DNA of 64,000 bases. It comes from Candidatus Multivoradales bacterium. Lineage in GTDB: Bacteria > Acidobacteriota > Thermoanaerobaculia > Multivoradales > JAHEKO01. Positions 1-8,564 of this stretch are shown piece by piece. A model generated the notes under the pieces. It saw nothing but the letters and a program-made list of their open reading frames with translations, searched no databases and was not told where the DNA came from. The stretch's first letter is position 1, and the number at the start of each line of letters is the position of its first letter. Position numbers and translations under genes: made by a program. The stretch is taken from the NCBI GenBank assembly GCA_965223155.1, contig CBDCVR010000015.1:544001-608000 (forward strand). Reading direction: 5' to 3'.

Positions 1-840
1 ATGGCTACGGAACGGCTCCTCCCACTCCTCGCCCTCGAAGCCGCTCCGGGTCGAGCCCAGGTGGCAGGTCACGCACCGGTCTACCCGATCCACGTTGGTG
101 AAGTTGATGTCGTTGTAGAGGCCTGACAGGATCACCTGCTCGATTTTGAGATCGGGCTGGACGAAGTCCATGAAGGGCGCGTTCAGGACGAAGTAGTCGA
201 GCTTCTTGTCCAGGTTGGCGACTCGCTGCTCGAGCCCGTCGAGGCCCGAGCGCAGCGCCGCCAGCTTGCTGTCAGCGGCGTCCAGGCCCGAGCGCTCGGC
301 CTCGAGCTGACTCTCCAGCTCGGCTTCCCGGACGCGCAGAGCTTCCAGCTCACGCAGCTCCCCTTCGAGCTTGGCCCCAAGCTCGTCGTTTTCCCGCTTC
401 CGCGTCTCGATGCGCTTGGCCTTGCCGCTCTGGAGCGCGACGTCGTACTCGTAGCGCGCGGTGTCGAGCTTGGACTTGGTGGCCCGCGAGGCCGCATCCA
501 CGATGTAGATCTGTTTGGCGGTGGCTTCGAGGTCGCCTTCCAGGGCCTCGAGATCGGCCTTGCGGTCGGCGAGCGCCGTCTCTTCGGCCGCGATCTCCTC
601 CCGAATCTGGCGGATCTCATTGTCGCTGAGGCTCTGCTTTTCGGCCTCGGCCTCGGCCACCAGCATCTGCTGCTCGCGCTCCCGGAACTCGGACTGGAGT
701 CGTTTCCAGGGCTTGGCGTAGTCGTCGAAGACCATCCACAGCGTTGTCGCCAGGAGCGCGATCGAGCTCCACGCGAAGACCGCGTTCAGACTGCGGAAGT
801 TGTAGTGCCGGTCGGGAATCTTCTTGGGCGCCTTGGACAT
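1..840 (-). CDS. Membrane-anchored c-type cytochrome subunit of the Rieske/cytochrome b complex (partial, runs off the window edge)
   Basis: Not in the ORF track. Manual translation from ATG at 840 stays open to position 1: MSKAPKK..., a TM helix (VFAWSSIALLATTLWMVF), about 165 aa of E/K/R/L/A-rich coiled coil, then DRCVTCH (CxxCH at nt 75-61). Lies directly downstream of the cytochrome b genes. Confidence 0.85.
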   Translation of the reverse strand, partial: MSKAPKKIPDRHYNFRSLNAVFAWSSIALLATTLWMVFDDYAKPWKRLQSEFREREQQMLVAEAEAEKQSLSDNEIRQIREEIAAEETALADRKADLEALEGDLEATAKQIYIVDAASRATKSKLDTARYEYDVALQSGKAKRIETRKRENDELGAKLEGELRELEALRVREAELESQLEAERSGLDAADSKLAALRSGLDGLEQRVANLDKKLDYFVLNAPFMDFVQPDLKIEQVILSGLYNDINFTNVDRVDRCVTCHLGSTRSGFEGEEWEEPFRSH

Positions 841-850
841 CGATCGGGCC

Positions 851-1930
851 TTACAGGTTCAGGAAGAATTCCTGGATGTGAACGAAGTACTTCAAGTTGA
901 AGATCCAGCGCAGGAACATCTTGATCGGCAAGAGCATCATGGTCAGAAACAGGCTCATGCCGACGTAGTAGCGCGGCGGCCCCATCTCGTCGTAGAAGCG
1001 CTTGATGTATTGCAACTTGATGAGAGCGACCGGCAGCACGAAGAAATAGCCCAGCATGAGCACGATGCCGAGGCTCTCCCGGATGATCCAGTGGGACGGC
1101 AGGCCCATCCCGAGGATCTTGATCCAGAAGATCTCGGACAGATCCACGTTGACCAGAGGCTCGATCTTGTTGACGTCCCAGAACTCGTAGGGACCGAAGA
1201 AGTTCCAGTTGGGCCCGCGCAGGAAGGTGCCGATGACGATGAGCTGGACCCAGAGGACGACGAAGCCGAACAAGAACAGGATGATCTCGGTCTTGCGTTC
1301 CTTGAAGGTGTAGTAACCGTTGCCCTTGGGATTGGTGTCGATGTACGGGATCGCCATCAAGCCGACGATGATGAGCCCCGGCAGAACCACCCCCGCCATC
1401 CAGGGATCGAAATAGACCAGCATTTCCTGGAGCCCCAGGAAGTACCACGGCGCCTTGGAAGGGTTCGGAGCCACCGACAGGTTGGCCGGCTCTTCGAGCG
1501 GCGCCTTGAGCACGATCGACCAGATCACCATCCCCACCGTCAGGATCACCATGCAGATGAACTCGGAGAAGACCAGGTCGGGCCAGGTGAAAATCTTGTC
1601 CTCGGACTCGCTCTTTTCGAACGTCGGCTCGCCGCGGTCGATGGCCTCATCGTTCTGGATGGCCTTGTACATCGCCAGCCACCAAAAGTAGCCGACGAGG
1701 TAGACCATCATCACGATGGGCACGTTGTCGGGCTTGGCCACGACCTCGCGAAAGGTCGGATCGAACGAGCTGACCACGAAAAACAGGGTCATCAGGATCA
1801 GCATGATCCAGCCGCCGGTCTTGGTCCAAAGCCACTTGGACTTGACCGCCAGCCAGAAGAGGATCAGGGAAAGGGTGAAGGAATACTGCGGGTACGAGAG
1901 GGTATTGATGAATCCCTTGATCGCTTCCAT
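851..1930 (-). CDS. Cytochrome b C-terminal subunit (subunit IV/PetD-like) with N- and C-terminal membrane extensions
   Basis: FTWPDLV...APLEEPAN...PNPSKAPWYFLGLQE (Qo-motif region), many TM helices, and position after cytochrome b6. Confidence 0.85.
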   Translation of the reverse strand: MEAIKGFINTLSYPQYSFTLSLILFWLAVKSKWLWTKTGGWIMLILMTLFFVVSSFDPTFREVVAKPDNVPIVMMVYLVGYFWWLAMYKAIQNDEAIDRGEPTFEKSESEDKIFTWPDLVFSEFICMVILTVGMVIWSIVLKAPLEEPANLSVAPNPSKAPWYFLGLQEMLVYFDPWMAGVVLPGLIIVGLMAIPYIDTNPKGNGYYTFKERKTEIILFLFGFVVLWVQLIVIGTFLRGPNWNFFGPYEFWDVNKIEPLVNVDLSEIFWIKILGMGLPSHWIIRESLGIVLMLGYFFVLPVALIKLQYIKRFYDEMGPPRYYVGMSLFLTMMLLPIKMFLRWIFNLKYFVHIQEFFLNL

Positions 1931-1986
1931 TACCGGCTCCCCCGCTTGCGCCTAGCGGCGACGATTTCGACTGCTACCACGGGCTG

Positions 1987-2772
1987 CTAGACCGGACCCG
2001 AGATTCCGCCGTCCTTGCGGACGCGCCAGAAGTGAACCGCCATCAGGCACGCCGCGACGAAGGGGATGCCGAGACAGTGCAGGACGTAGAAGCGGATGAG
2101 CGTTCCGCCACCGATGGTGCGGCCCGCAATGAGCGCAAAGCGGGCGTCGCTACCGACGTGAATGAGTTTCTGGCCCCCTAAGGTCAAGAGCGCCGCTCCT
2201 GGTCCCTCGTGCCCCAAGAGCGGCGTCGCTCGCGCCATGTTCGAGCCGACCGTGATCGCCCAGACCGCGAGCTGATCCCAAGGCAACAGGTACCCGGTAA
2301 AGGACAGCAAGAGTGTCAGCACCAGCAGGATCACGCCCACGTTCCAGTTGAACTCGCGCGGCGGCTTGTACGAACCGGTCATGAACACCCGGAACATGTG
2401 GAGCCACACCGCGATCACCATGGCATGGGCGCCCCAGCGATGGAGCTCGCGCATGATGCCGAAGGCGGCAACCTCGCGCAGATCCACCATGTCGAAGTAG
2501 GCGTACTCGACCGTCGGCCGGTAGTAGAACATCAGCAGCAACCCCGTAATGGTCTCCACCAGGAAGAGAAAGAACGAGGTCCCTCCCATGCACCACGTGT
2601 AGCTCATCCTGAGACCCGACTTCTTGACCTTGATCGGATGCAGATGCAGGACGACGTTGCCCAGCATCGCCAGGGCACGCTTCCGGTTGTCAGTCGGAAT
2701 CCCGACCCGGAAGATGGACTTCCAGATCTGGGACTTGACGATCGCCTTTTGAAGGTCTCTCAGTTTTTCCAT
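1987..2772 (-). CDS. petB: Cytochrome b6 (split cytochrome b, N-terminal subunit)
   Basis: Four heme His (LHRW, WLHM, VLHC, VHFW), YKPPREFNW, TGYLLPWDQ, C-terminal GISGP, and TWCMGG with the heme ci/cn Cys. Confidence 0.93.
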   Translation of the reverse strand: MEKLRDLQKAIVKSQIWKSIFRVGIPTDNRKRALAMLGNVVLHLHPIKVKKSGLRMSYTWCMGGTSFFLFLVETITGLLLMFYYRPTVEYAYFDMVDLREVAAFGIMRELHRWGAHAMVIAVWLHMFRVFMTGSYKPPREFNWNVGVILLVLTLLLSFTGYLLPWDQLAVWAITVGSNMARATPLLGHEGPGAALLTLGGQKLIHVGSDARFALIAGRTIGGGTLIRFYVLHCLGIPFVAACLMAVHFWRVRKDGGISGPV

Positions 2773-2824
2773 GAACTCCCCGCTCTATCCTGCCGAACCT
2801 TGTTTCCGGGTCCGGTCTCGAGAC

Positions 2825-3406
2825 CTAGCCCATCTCGAGGTACGAGTTGGGATCTTCCCAACCGCCCTGCTCCCACAAGTACCTTTGCGCCTTATCGACC
2901 ACGATCTGGCCATCGGCCGGATCGATCGCGATCTTGGCCCGCTCCAACGGCCGCGGCGTCGGACCCTCGAAGTTGATGCCGTTCTTGTAGTAGCCGCTGC
3001 CGTGGCACGGGCACTTGAATTTGTTCTGCGCTTCCAGCCAGGCGGGCGGACAGCCGAGGTGCGTGCAGATCGCGATCAGCGCGGTCAGCTGGCCCTCGTT
3101 GTTGACGATCCAGACGCCGTTCGAGTCCTTGAAGCGCTCGTCCACGACTCCCGGCGGAAAATCCGAAGGAGCTCCGACCTTGAAGGACGTCGGCGGCTCG
3201 AACAGCACGTTCGGGAACATAAAGCGCCCGAACGCCGTCATGCAGCCGCCGATGGCCGCGGTAAAACCAACCCACGCCACGGCCGCCCACGAGAACAGAC
3301 CGCGGCGGCTGATCTCGGCGTCGGCGGAGGCCTTGGGCTTGGCGGGCTTGGCCGCGGCCGGCTTTGCCGGCTCCGAACTTCCGTCCACCTGGATCTCTTC
3401 GCTCAT
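2825..3406 (-). CDS. petC: Rieske [2Fe-2S] subunit
   Basis: CTHLGC and CPCHGS boxes, GPTPRPL, Tat-like ISRRGLF before a TM helix. Start moved to ATG 3406 (MSEEIQ). Confidence 0.95.
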   Translation of the reverse strand: MSEEIQVDGSSEPAKPAAAKPAKPKASADAEISRRGLFSWAAVAWVGFTAAIGGCMTAFGRFMFPNVLFEPPTSFKVGAPSDFPPGVVDERFKDSNGVWIVNNEGQLTALIAICTHLGCPPAWLEAQNKFKCPCHGSGYYKNGINFEGPTPRPLERAKIAIDPADGQIVVDKAQRYLWEQGGWEDPNSYLEMG

Positions 3407-3582
3407 CGGGTTCGCTGGCCACGCAGAGGTTACCCCGCCCGCGCGCAAAACTGCCAAAACGTTGCGCTGTTTTTATTCGAACGGCCGCTTGGGTGTCAAG
3501 GTTGGCCGGACGCCGAAAACCCTTCGATCGGCCGGCCGGAACTCGCCCGGAGCCCGCGATCGGCACGGCTATACTCCCGACC

Positions 3583-4593
3583 ATGACGAAGAACCCTTTG
3601 CCCAGCGTCCCACGCCTCGTCCTTTCCCTGCTTTCGATCCTGACGATCGCCGCCGCCGGTCTGGTCCTGTCCGGTTGCCAATCCCAGCCACCCGACGATG
3701 TGGCCGTGATCGCCAAAGAGTCGGCGGTGGCCGCGGACGACGGCGCAGCCGAGCCAGTCCCGGTCGCAAACCCCGGCGTGGTCGACGTCCGCGCCGAAGA
3801 ATACGCCTTCTACGGACCACCGACTCTCCCGTCCGGGTGGGTCACACTCAGGTTCCACAACGACGGCGCCGAGCCGCACTTTCTCTTGCTCTGGAACCTT
3901 CCCGAGGGCAAGACCTTCGAGGACTACGACAACGATGTCGGCCAGCCGTTCGAGTCTCTGTACGTCCGCTACCGCGCCGGCGAGATCGACAAGGCCACTT
4001 TCTTCGAGAAGCTCATTGCCGCCATCCCGCCCTGGTTCTACGAAGCCGTGCCCATGGGCGGACCGGGCTTCACCGCTCCCGGCGCGACCTCGGAAGTCAC
4101 CGTCTATCTCGAGCCCGGCGACAACTACGTGATGGAGTGCTACGTCCGTGCCCAGATCCAGCCGGACAGCTTCCACGGCACCCACGGCATGTTCCGGCCG
4201 TTGATCGTCACCGACGAGGTCTCGCCGGTCGTCGCCCCGGAGCCCGACGTCCACGTCACTCTGTCGAGCTTCGAGCTCGCCGTCGAGGGCGAGCTCGGCG
4301 CCGGTTCGCATCTCGCCCGGGTGGCCGTTGAGGACACTCCCGAAGGTTTCGTGCGCCACAATGTCCATCTGGTGCGGCTCGAGAAGGGGCAGTCCGGCGC
4401 GACGGTGGCGGCCTGGATGGACTGGGTGGACGCCATGCTGCCACCGGCTCCGGCCGAGTTTCTGGGCGGCGCCGGCCAGACCGTCGAAGGAAGGGTCAGC
4501 TACGTGCCGTTTTCGCTGGAGCCGGGCCGCTACGCCTGGGTCTCGGAAGGATTCGCGGCCAAGGACATGGTCCACGAGTTCACCGTCGAGTAG
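3583..4593 (+). CDS. Two-domain cupredoxin-like lipoprotein
   Basis: Start ATG 3583. Lipobox VLSGC. Domain 1 has PHF...ECYV-x-FHGTHGM (H, C, H, M type-1 copper pattern). Domain 2 repeats the LEPG-Y pattern without the Cys. Confidence 0.65.
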   Translation: MTKNPLPSVPRLVLSLLSILTIAAAGLVLSGCQSQPPDDVAVIAKESAVAADDGAAEPVPVANPGVVDVRAEEYAFYGPPTLPSGWVTLRFHNDGAEPHFLLLWNLPEGKTFEDYDNDVGQPFESLYVRYRAGEIDKATFFEKLIAAIPPWFYEAVPMGGPGFTAPGATSEVTVYLEPGDNYVMECYVRAQIQPDSFHGTHGMFRPLIVTDEVSPVVAPEPDVHVTLSSFELAVEGELGAGSHLARVAVEDTPEGFVRHNVHLVRLEKGQSGATVAAWMDWVDAMLPPAPAEFLGGAGQTVEGRVSYVPFSLEPGRYAWVSEGFAAKDMVHEFTVE

Positions 4594-4603
4594 GCACGGC
4601 GCC

Positions 4604-6037
4604 ATGGCGACTCCCGAGACCGCGGCCATGCCCCGTGCCCGAGCACGCCGGCGGCGATTCTGCGGGCTCGGGCTCGCCATCGTTCTGGCGGCGCTCGCCG
4701 CAAGCCGCACCCCGGCGGCTGCAGCCGTCGTCGAGGAAGTCGAGACCCCGGGTGGTGAGCGCTACGCTCTGTTCACTCCATCCCCCGAGTCCGGCACGCG
4801 GCCAGATGGAGCGGTTCTCCTGGTCCTCGACACCCGCGGCCGCGCCGTCAGCGCTCTCGAGGCCTTCCGGCCCGCGGCCGAGCGGTTCGGCTACACGGTC
4901 CTGAGCTCGTACGCTACGCGCAGCGATCTCCCGGCGGGAACACCCGATCCCAACGAGCCCGCCGTGCGGGCGCTCCTGGACGAGGCCCAGACGCAGTACG
5001 GCGCCTCGCCCGGCCGCATCTATCTGGCCGGCTTTTCGGGCACTTCGCGCTTCGCCTGGATGGCGGGCAAGGTCTTTCCGGATCTCGTCGGCGGCATCGT
5101 GGGTTGTGGCGCCGGGCTGCCCGGTCCGTGGGCGGACTGGAAGGACGTCGGCTTCGCCTACTTTGGCACTGCCGGCCGCACCGACTTCAACCACCGAGAG
5201 ATGCGCGAGCTGGACCGCACCCTGGACGGCGTCCTGGTGCATCGCTTCGCCTATTTCGACGGCGGCCACCAATGGCTGGACTCGGAAACCGCGACTCAGG
5301 CTCTGGCCTTCTTCGAGCTCGAGGCCATGCGCCGGGGCCGGCGCGGGCGGGACGCGGCCTTGATCGAACAGCTTCTTGCCGAGCGTCTCGCCGCCGCCGC
5401 CGCAGCCGAGACCGGCGGCGAGCTTTACCGGGCGGCAACTCTGCTCGAGGCCGCGGCCGAGGACTTCGAGGGCTTGGTCTCGGTCGATCGGACCGACGGC
5501 GTCCGGGACCGGGCGGAAGCGCTTGCCGGCAACGCCGAAGTCCGAGCCGCGCGCGAAGCTCACGACCGAGCCGTCGGAGCCGAGCTCGAGTACCGCGACC
5601 GGGTCGGCGCCGTGGTTCGCGGCATCGCCTACGACGCGCAGCCCGGCTCGGCAAAGACTCTGGCCCGGGAGCTCGAGATCGAAACGCTCAAGGAGATCGC
5701 CGGCGGCGATTCGCTCGAGGCCGACTCCGCCCGCCGGCGCCTGGAGACGGCCTTCGTGCAGCTGGCCTTCTACACTCCGCGCGTCCTCGAGCCCAAGGCG
5801 CCGCGGCGAGCGGCCCTGTGTCTCGAGCTGGCGACCCGGATCCGCCCGGGCTCGAGCCAGCTCTGGCTGCGGCTGGCCCGGGCTCACGCCCGCGGCGGCC
5901 AGGCCAAGGCGGCGCTCGCCGCCCTCGAGCAGGCGGTCGAGCTGGGCGGTGTCGGCGCCGACGATCTCGACGACGAGGCCTTCACCTCGCTCGGCCGGAA
6001 TCCCGCCTTCGCGGCCTTACGGCAACGAGTGCGGTGA
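4604..6037 (+). CDS. Exported alpha/beta-hydrolase with helical/TPR C-terminus
   Basis: Signal-like hydrophobic segment, YLAGFSG nucleophile elbow, TD and GGH putative triad residues, and TPR-like C-terminus (LWLRLARAHARGGQAKAALAALEQA). Confidence 0.7.
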   Translation: MATPETAAMPRARARRRRFCGLGLAIVLAALAASRTPAAAAVVEEVETPGGERYALFTPSPESGTRPDGAVLLVLDTRGRAVSALEAFRPAAERFGYTVLSSYATRSDLPAGTPDPNEPAVRALLDEAQTQYGASPGRIYLAGFSGTSRFAWMAGKVFPDLVGGIVGCGAGLPGPWADWKDVGFAYFGTAGRTDFNHREMRELDRTLDGVLVHRFAYFDGGHQWLDSETATQALAFFELEAMRRGRRGRDAALIEQLLAERLAAAAAAETGGELYRAATLLEAAAEDFEGLVSVDRTDGVRDRAEALAGNAEVRAAREAHDRAVGAELEYRDRVGAVVRGIAYDAQPGSAKTLARELEIETLKEIAGGDSLEADSARRRLETAFVQLAFYTPRVLEPKAPRRAALCLELATRIRPGSSQLWLRLARAHARGGQAKAALAALEQAVELGGVGADDLDDEAFTSLGRNPAFAALRQRVR

Positions 6038-6059
6038 GGGTCCGGGGGACCGGGGATCC

Positions 6060-6713
6060 CTAGGATTCGTCACCCAAATCGACCAGGCGGTGCCTGAGGG
6101 CGTGCGCCACGACTTGGGCCCGGTTGTGGACGTGGAGCTTGTCCAGAATGTTGCGCACGTGGAACTTGACGGTGTTCTCGGTGATGCCCAGCTGCTTGGC
6201 GAGCTTGCGGTTGGTGGTCACGCCGTCGACCATGAGCTCCAAGACCTCTTGCTCTCGATCGGTGAGCGCGTCGGGGTCTTCGCTCCGGCCCCTTGGGGCC
6301 GGCTTGGCGAACTCGTCCAGGAGCTTCCGCGCCAGGGACGGCGTCAGTGCCGGCTCGCCCTTGCCGACGCCATCCAGAAGAGCGAAGAACTCGTCCGCCT
6401 CGAGATCCTTGAGCAGGTAGCCCTTAGCGCCGGCCTTGATCGATTCGAACAAGTTGGCATCGTCGTCCGACGCCGTCAGGATGATGACCTTGATCTCGGG
6501 CAGCTCGGCGGCGAAATGCTTGGTTGCCTCGAGGCCGTCAACCTCGGGCATGGCGAGGTCCATGAGCACGATCTCGGGCTTGAGCTCCCAGGCCTTTTCT
6601 AGCGCTTCCCGACCGTTCGAGGCTTCGCCGACCACCTCGTAGTCCCGGGCGCGGAGCAGGCTTCCCAGGCTCTCCCGAAAGAGCGCGTGGTCGTCAACGA
6701 TGAGTACTCGCAT
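6060..6713 (-). CDS. NarL/FixJ (DosR-like) response regulator
   Basis: Start ATG 6713: MRVLIVDDH, LMDLAMP phosphoacceptor, GYLLKD, and LuxR HTH (LTDREQEVL...TVKFHVRNILDKL). Confidence 0.95.
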   Translation of the reverse strand: MRVLIVDDHALFRESLGSLLRARDYEVVGEASNGREALEKAWELKPEIVLMDLAMPEVDGLEATKHFAAELPEIKVIILTASDDDANLFESIKAGAKGYLLKDLEADEFFALLDGVGKGEPALTPSLARKLLDEFAKPAPRGRSEDPDALTDREQEVLELMVDGVTTNRKLAKQLGITENTVKFHVRNILDKLHVHNRAQVVAHALRHRLVDLGDES

Positions 6714-6792
6714 AGGGATCTCCGTTCCGCCCGGCAACTCGGGGTCGTGACCAAGCCTAGCAGCCCGTCGTGGACGGCTCGGCCAAGGCCCG

Positions 6793-8139
6793 CTAGACGA
6801 TGGGCACCTCGAAGCGTACGCAGGTGCCGGCACCGCGGCTGGACTGGATCTCGAGGGTGCCGCCCGCGCTCTCGGCCCGTTCCTTCATGATGGTCAGGCC
6901 GAAACGCGGCAGGCCGGCGCGCTCGACGCTTGCCGGATCGAAGCCGGCGCCATCGTCTTCCACCGTAGCGATGAGGCCCTTGTCATCCCGCCGGATGCTG
7001 ACCTGCACCCGGTCCGCGTCAGCGTGCTTGCGCACGTTGGCCAGAGCCTCCTGGACGACCCGGAGCATCTGGAGCTCCACCCCGGGGCTCACCTCGAGCG
7101 GGTCGTCAATCGCGAGCTCGCCCGGGATGCCGCTGCCCTCCTGCCAGTGCGCGAAGTACTCGCGCAGAACTTCGGCGATCTGGCGTTCGCCGCTGGGCTG
7201 GGAGCGCAAGGCCAGGATCCCCTCACGAACGTCCGAGTAAGCCTCCCGAGCGGCCGCCGCCAACTGATCGAGTTGCTTGCCAGCCTCGGCGTCCTTGCCC
7301 GCCCGCAGAAATTCCTGCACCGCCTGCGCCTTGGTGTTGACGTAAGCAAGGACCTGCGCCATGCCGTCGTGCATCTCGCGACCGATGCGGCCCCGCTCCT
7401 CGGCGACCGCCAGATTCTCCAGCTCATGATGCAAGTACGACTTGTCGATCGCCACCGCCGCGGTGGCCGCGAAGCGCACCAGCATCTCCTCGTCGGCCTC
7501 GGAGAAAGTCTTGGCGGCCTCCTTGTTGGCGAGGTAGAGGTTGCCACGAAACGGGCCCTGGCAAAGGATCGGCACCGCCAGCAGACTGGCCATCGTCGGG
7601 TGGTGCTCGGGCACGCCACACGAGCGCGGATCGGCCTTGAGGTCGTCCAGGCGCAGATGCCGGCGCTCGTGCAGAACGACGCCCAAGAGGCCCTTGCCCT
7701 GGGGCGGTTCACCGATACGTTCCCTCTCGACGGCAGATAGACCCGAGGTGACGAACTCGACGATACGACCGGTCTCGGCGTTGACCGAGAGCGCGCCGTA
7801 ACGGGCATCCAGAAGCTCCCGAGCCTGGTCCACGATGCGCTGCAAGACGATCTCGAGCTCGAGCTCGCCGTGGATGTCGCGGGCCGCCCGGCCGATGGCC
7901 AGGAGCTCGCGGTTCTGGGCGTCCAGACGCCGGTGCATGTCGGTTAGAAACATGAAGGCGATGCCGACCGGAAAGAGAACCGCCAGAGTCACGATGCCGG
8001 TCCATACCAGCCGTCCCTGCCAGGTCTGAAGGTAGGGCTCGAGGGCGTGGGTGGCCGCGGCGAGGACCACGATGACGGTTAGGAAGCCCGCCAGCGACAT
8101 CCACTTGAACCGACGCAGATCCAGTTGCCGTACGCTCAT
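6793..8139 (-). CDS. Membrane-anchored GAF sensor histidine kinase (HisKA_3; DosS/DevS-like GAF)
   Basis: Two N-terminal TM helices, a GAF domain, ERGRIGREMHD H-box, QEALANVRKHA N-box, VEDDGAGFD G1-box. Confidence 0.92.
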   Translation of the reverse strand: MSVRQLDLRRFKWMSLAGFLTVIVVLAAATHALEPYLQTWQGRLVWTGIVTLAVLFPVGIAFMFLTDMHRRLDAQNRELLAIGRAARDIHGELELEIVLQRIVDQARELLDARYGALSVNAETGRIVEFVTSGLSAVERERIGEPPQGKGLLGVVLHERRHLRLDDLKADPRSCGVPEHHPTMASLLAVPILCQGPFRGNLYLANKEAAKTFSEADEEMLVRFAATAAVAIDKSYLHHELENLAVAEERGRIGREMHDGMAQVLAYVNTKAQAVQEFLRAGKDAEAGKQLDQLAAAAREAYSDVREGILALRSQPSGERQIAEVLREYFAHWQEGSGIPGELAIDDPLEVSPGVELQMLRVVQEALANVRKHADADRVQVSIRRDDKGLIATVEDDGAGFDPASVERAGLPRFGLTIMKERAESAGGTLEIQSSRGAGTCVRFEVPIV

Positions 8140-8221
8140 CGAGTCTCGGTGAGTATAGTGATCCGTGCGGTCCGGCTCCGGCGCGAAGTGGCCGCGATCT
8201 CGGTGGGTACCGGCCTTCCGG

Positions 8222-8446
8222 CTACCGCTTGCGGCTCCTCGTGCTGATCCCGAGCACGGCGTAGAAAGGCGACCACCCTAGGATTCCGGTCACCAGGGGA
8301 TACCAACCCACGATGCGGCAGGTCACGGTCGCCAGGCCCTGAGGCGGCGCCAGCCAGCCGATCCCCAGCAGAAGCGCGCCCAGCACGATTCGCACGGTTC
8401 GATCGACACCGTTCTGGTTCGGCAGATTCTTGGCGAGAAAGCTCAT
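8222..8446 (-). CDS. DUF2892 / YgaP-like small membrane protein
   Basis: NQNGVDRTVRIVLG...LVTGILGWSPFYAVLGIST matches the DUF2892 pattern, with Ser where the usual CP Cys sits. Start ATG 8446. Confidence 0.85.
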   Translation of the reverse strand: MSFLAKNLPNQNGVDRTVRIVLGALLLGIGWLAPPQGLATVTCRIVGWYPLVTGILGWSPFYAVLGISTRSRKR

Positions 8447-8564
8447 CTCGCCGGCCGGATCGAGGTGCGCACGCCTCAGCATGGCTCGAACGGCGATCGC
8501 GGCGCCACACCCGGCCGGGTAGGTTTGATCCACCAGGGCCGGCGCCCGCCTGGGAAGTTAGACC

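Noticed and set aside
3470-3499. Minus-strand TTGACA upstream of the Rieske gene as a promoter
   Set aside because: The -35 is perfect but there is no convincing -10 at 16-18 nt, so it was not listed as a feature.
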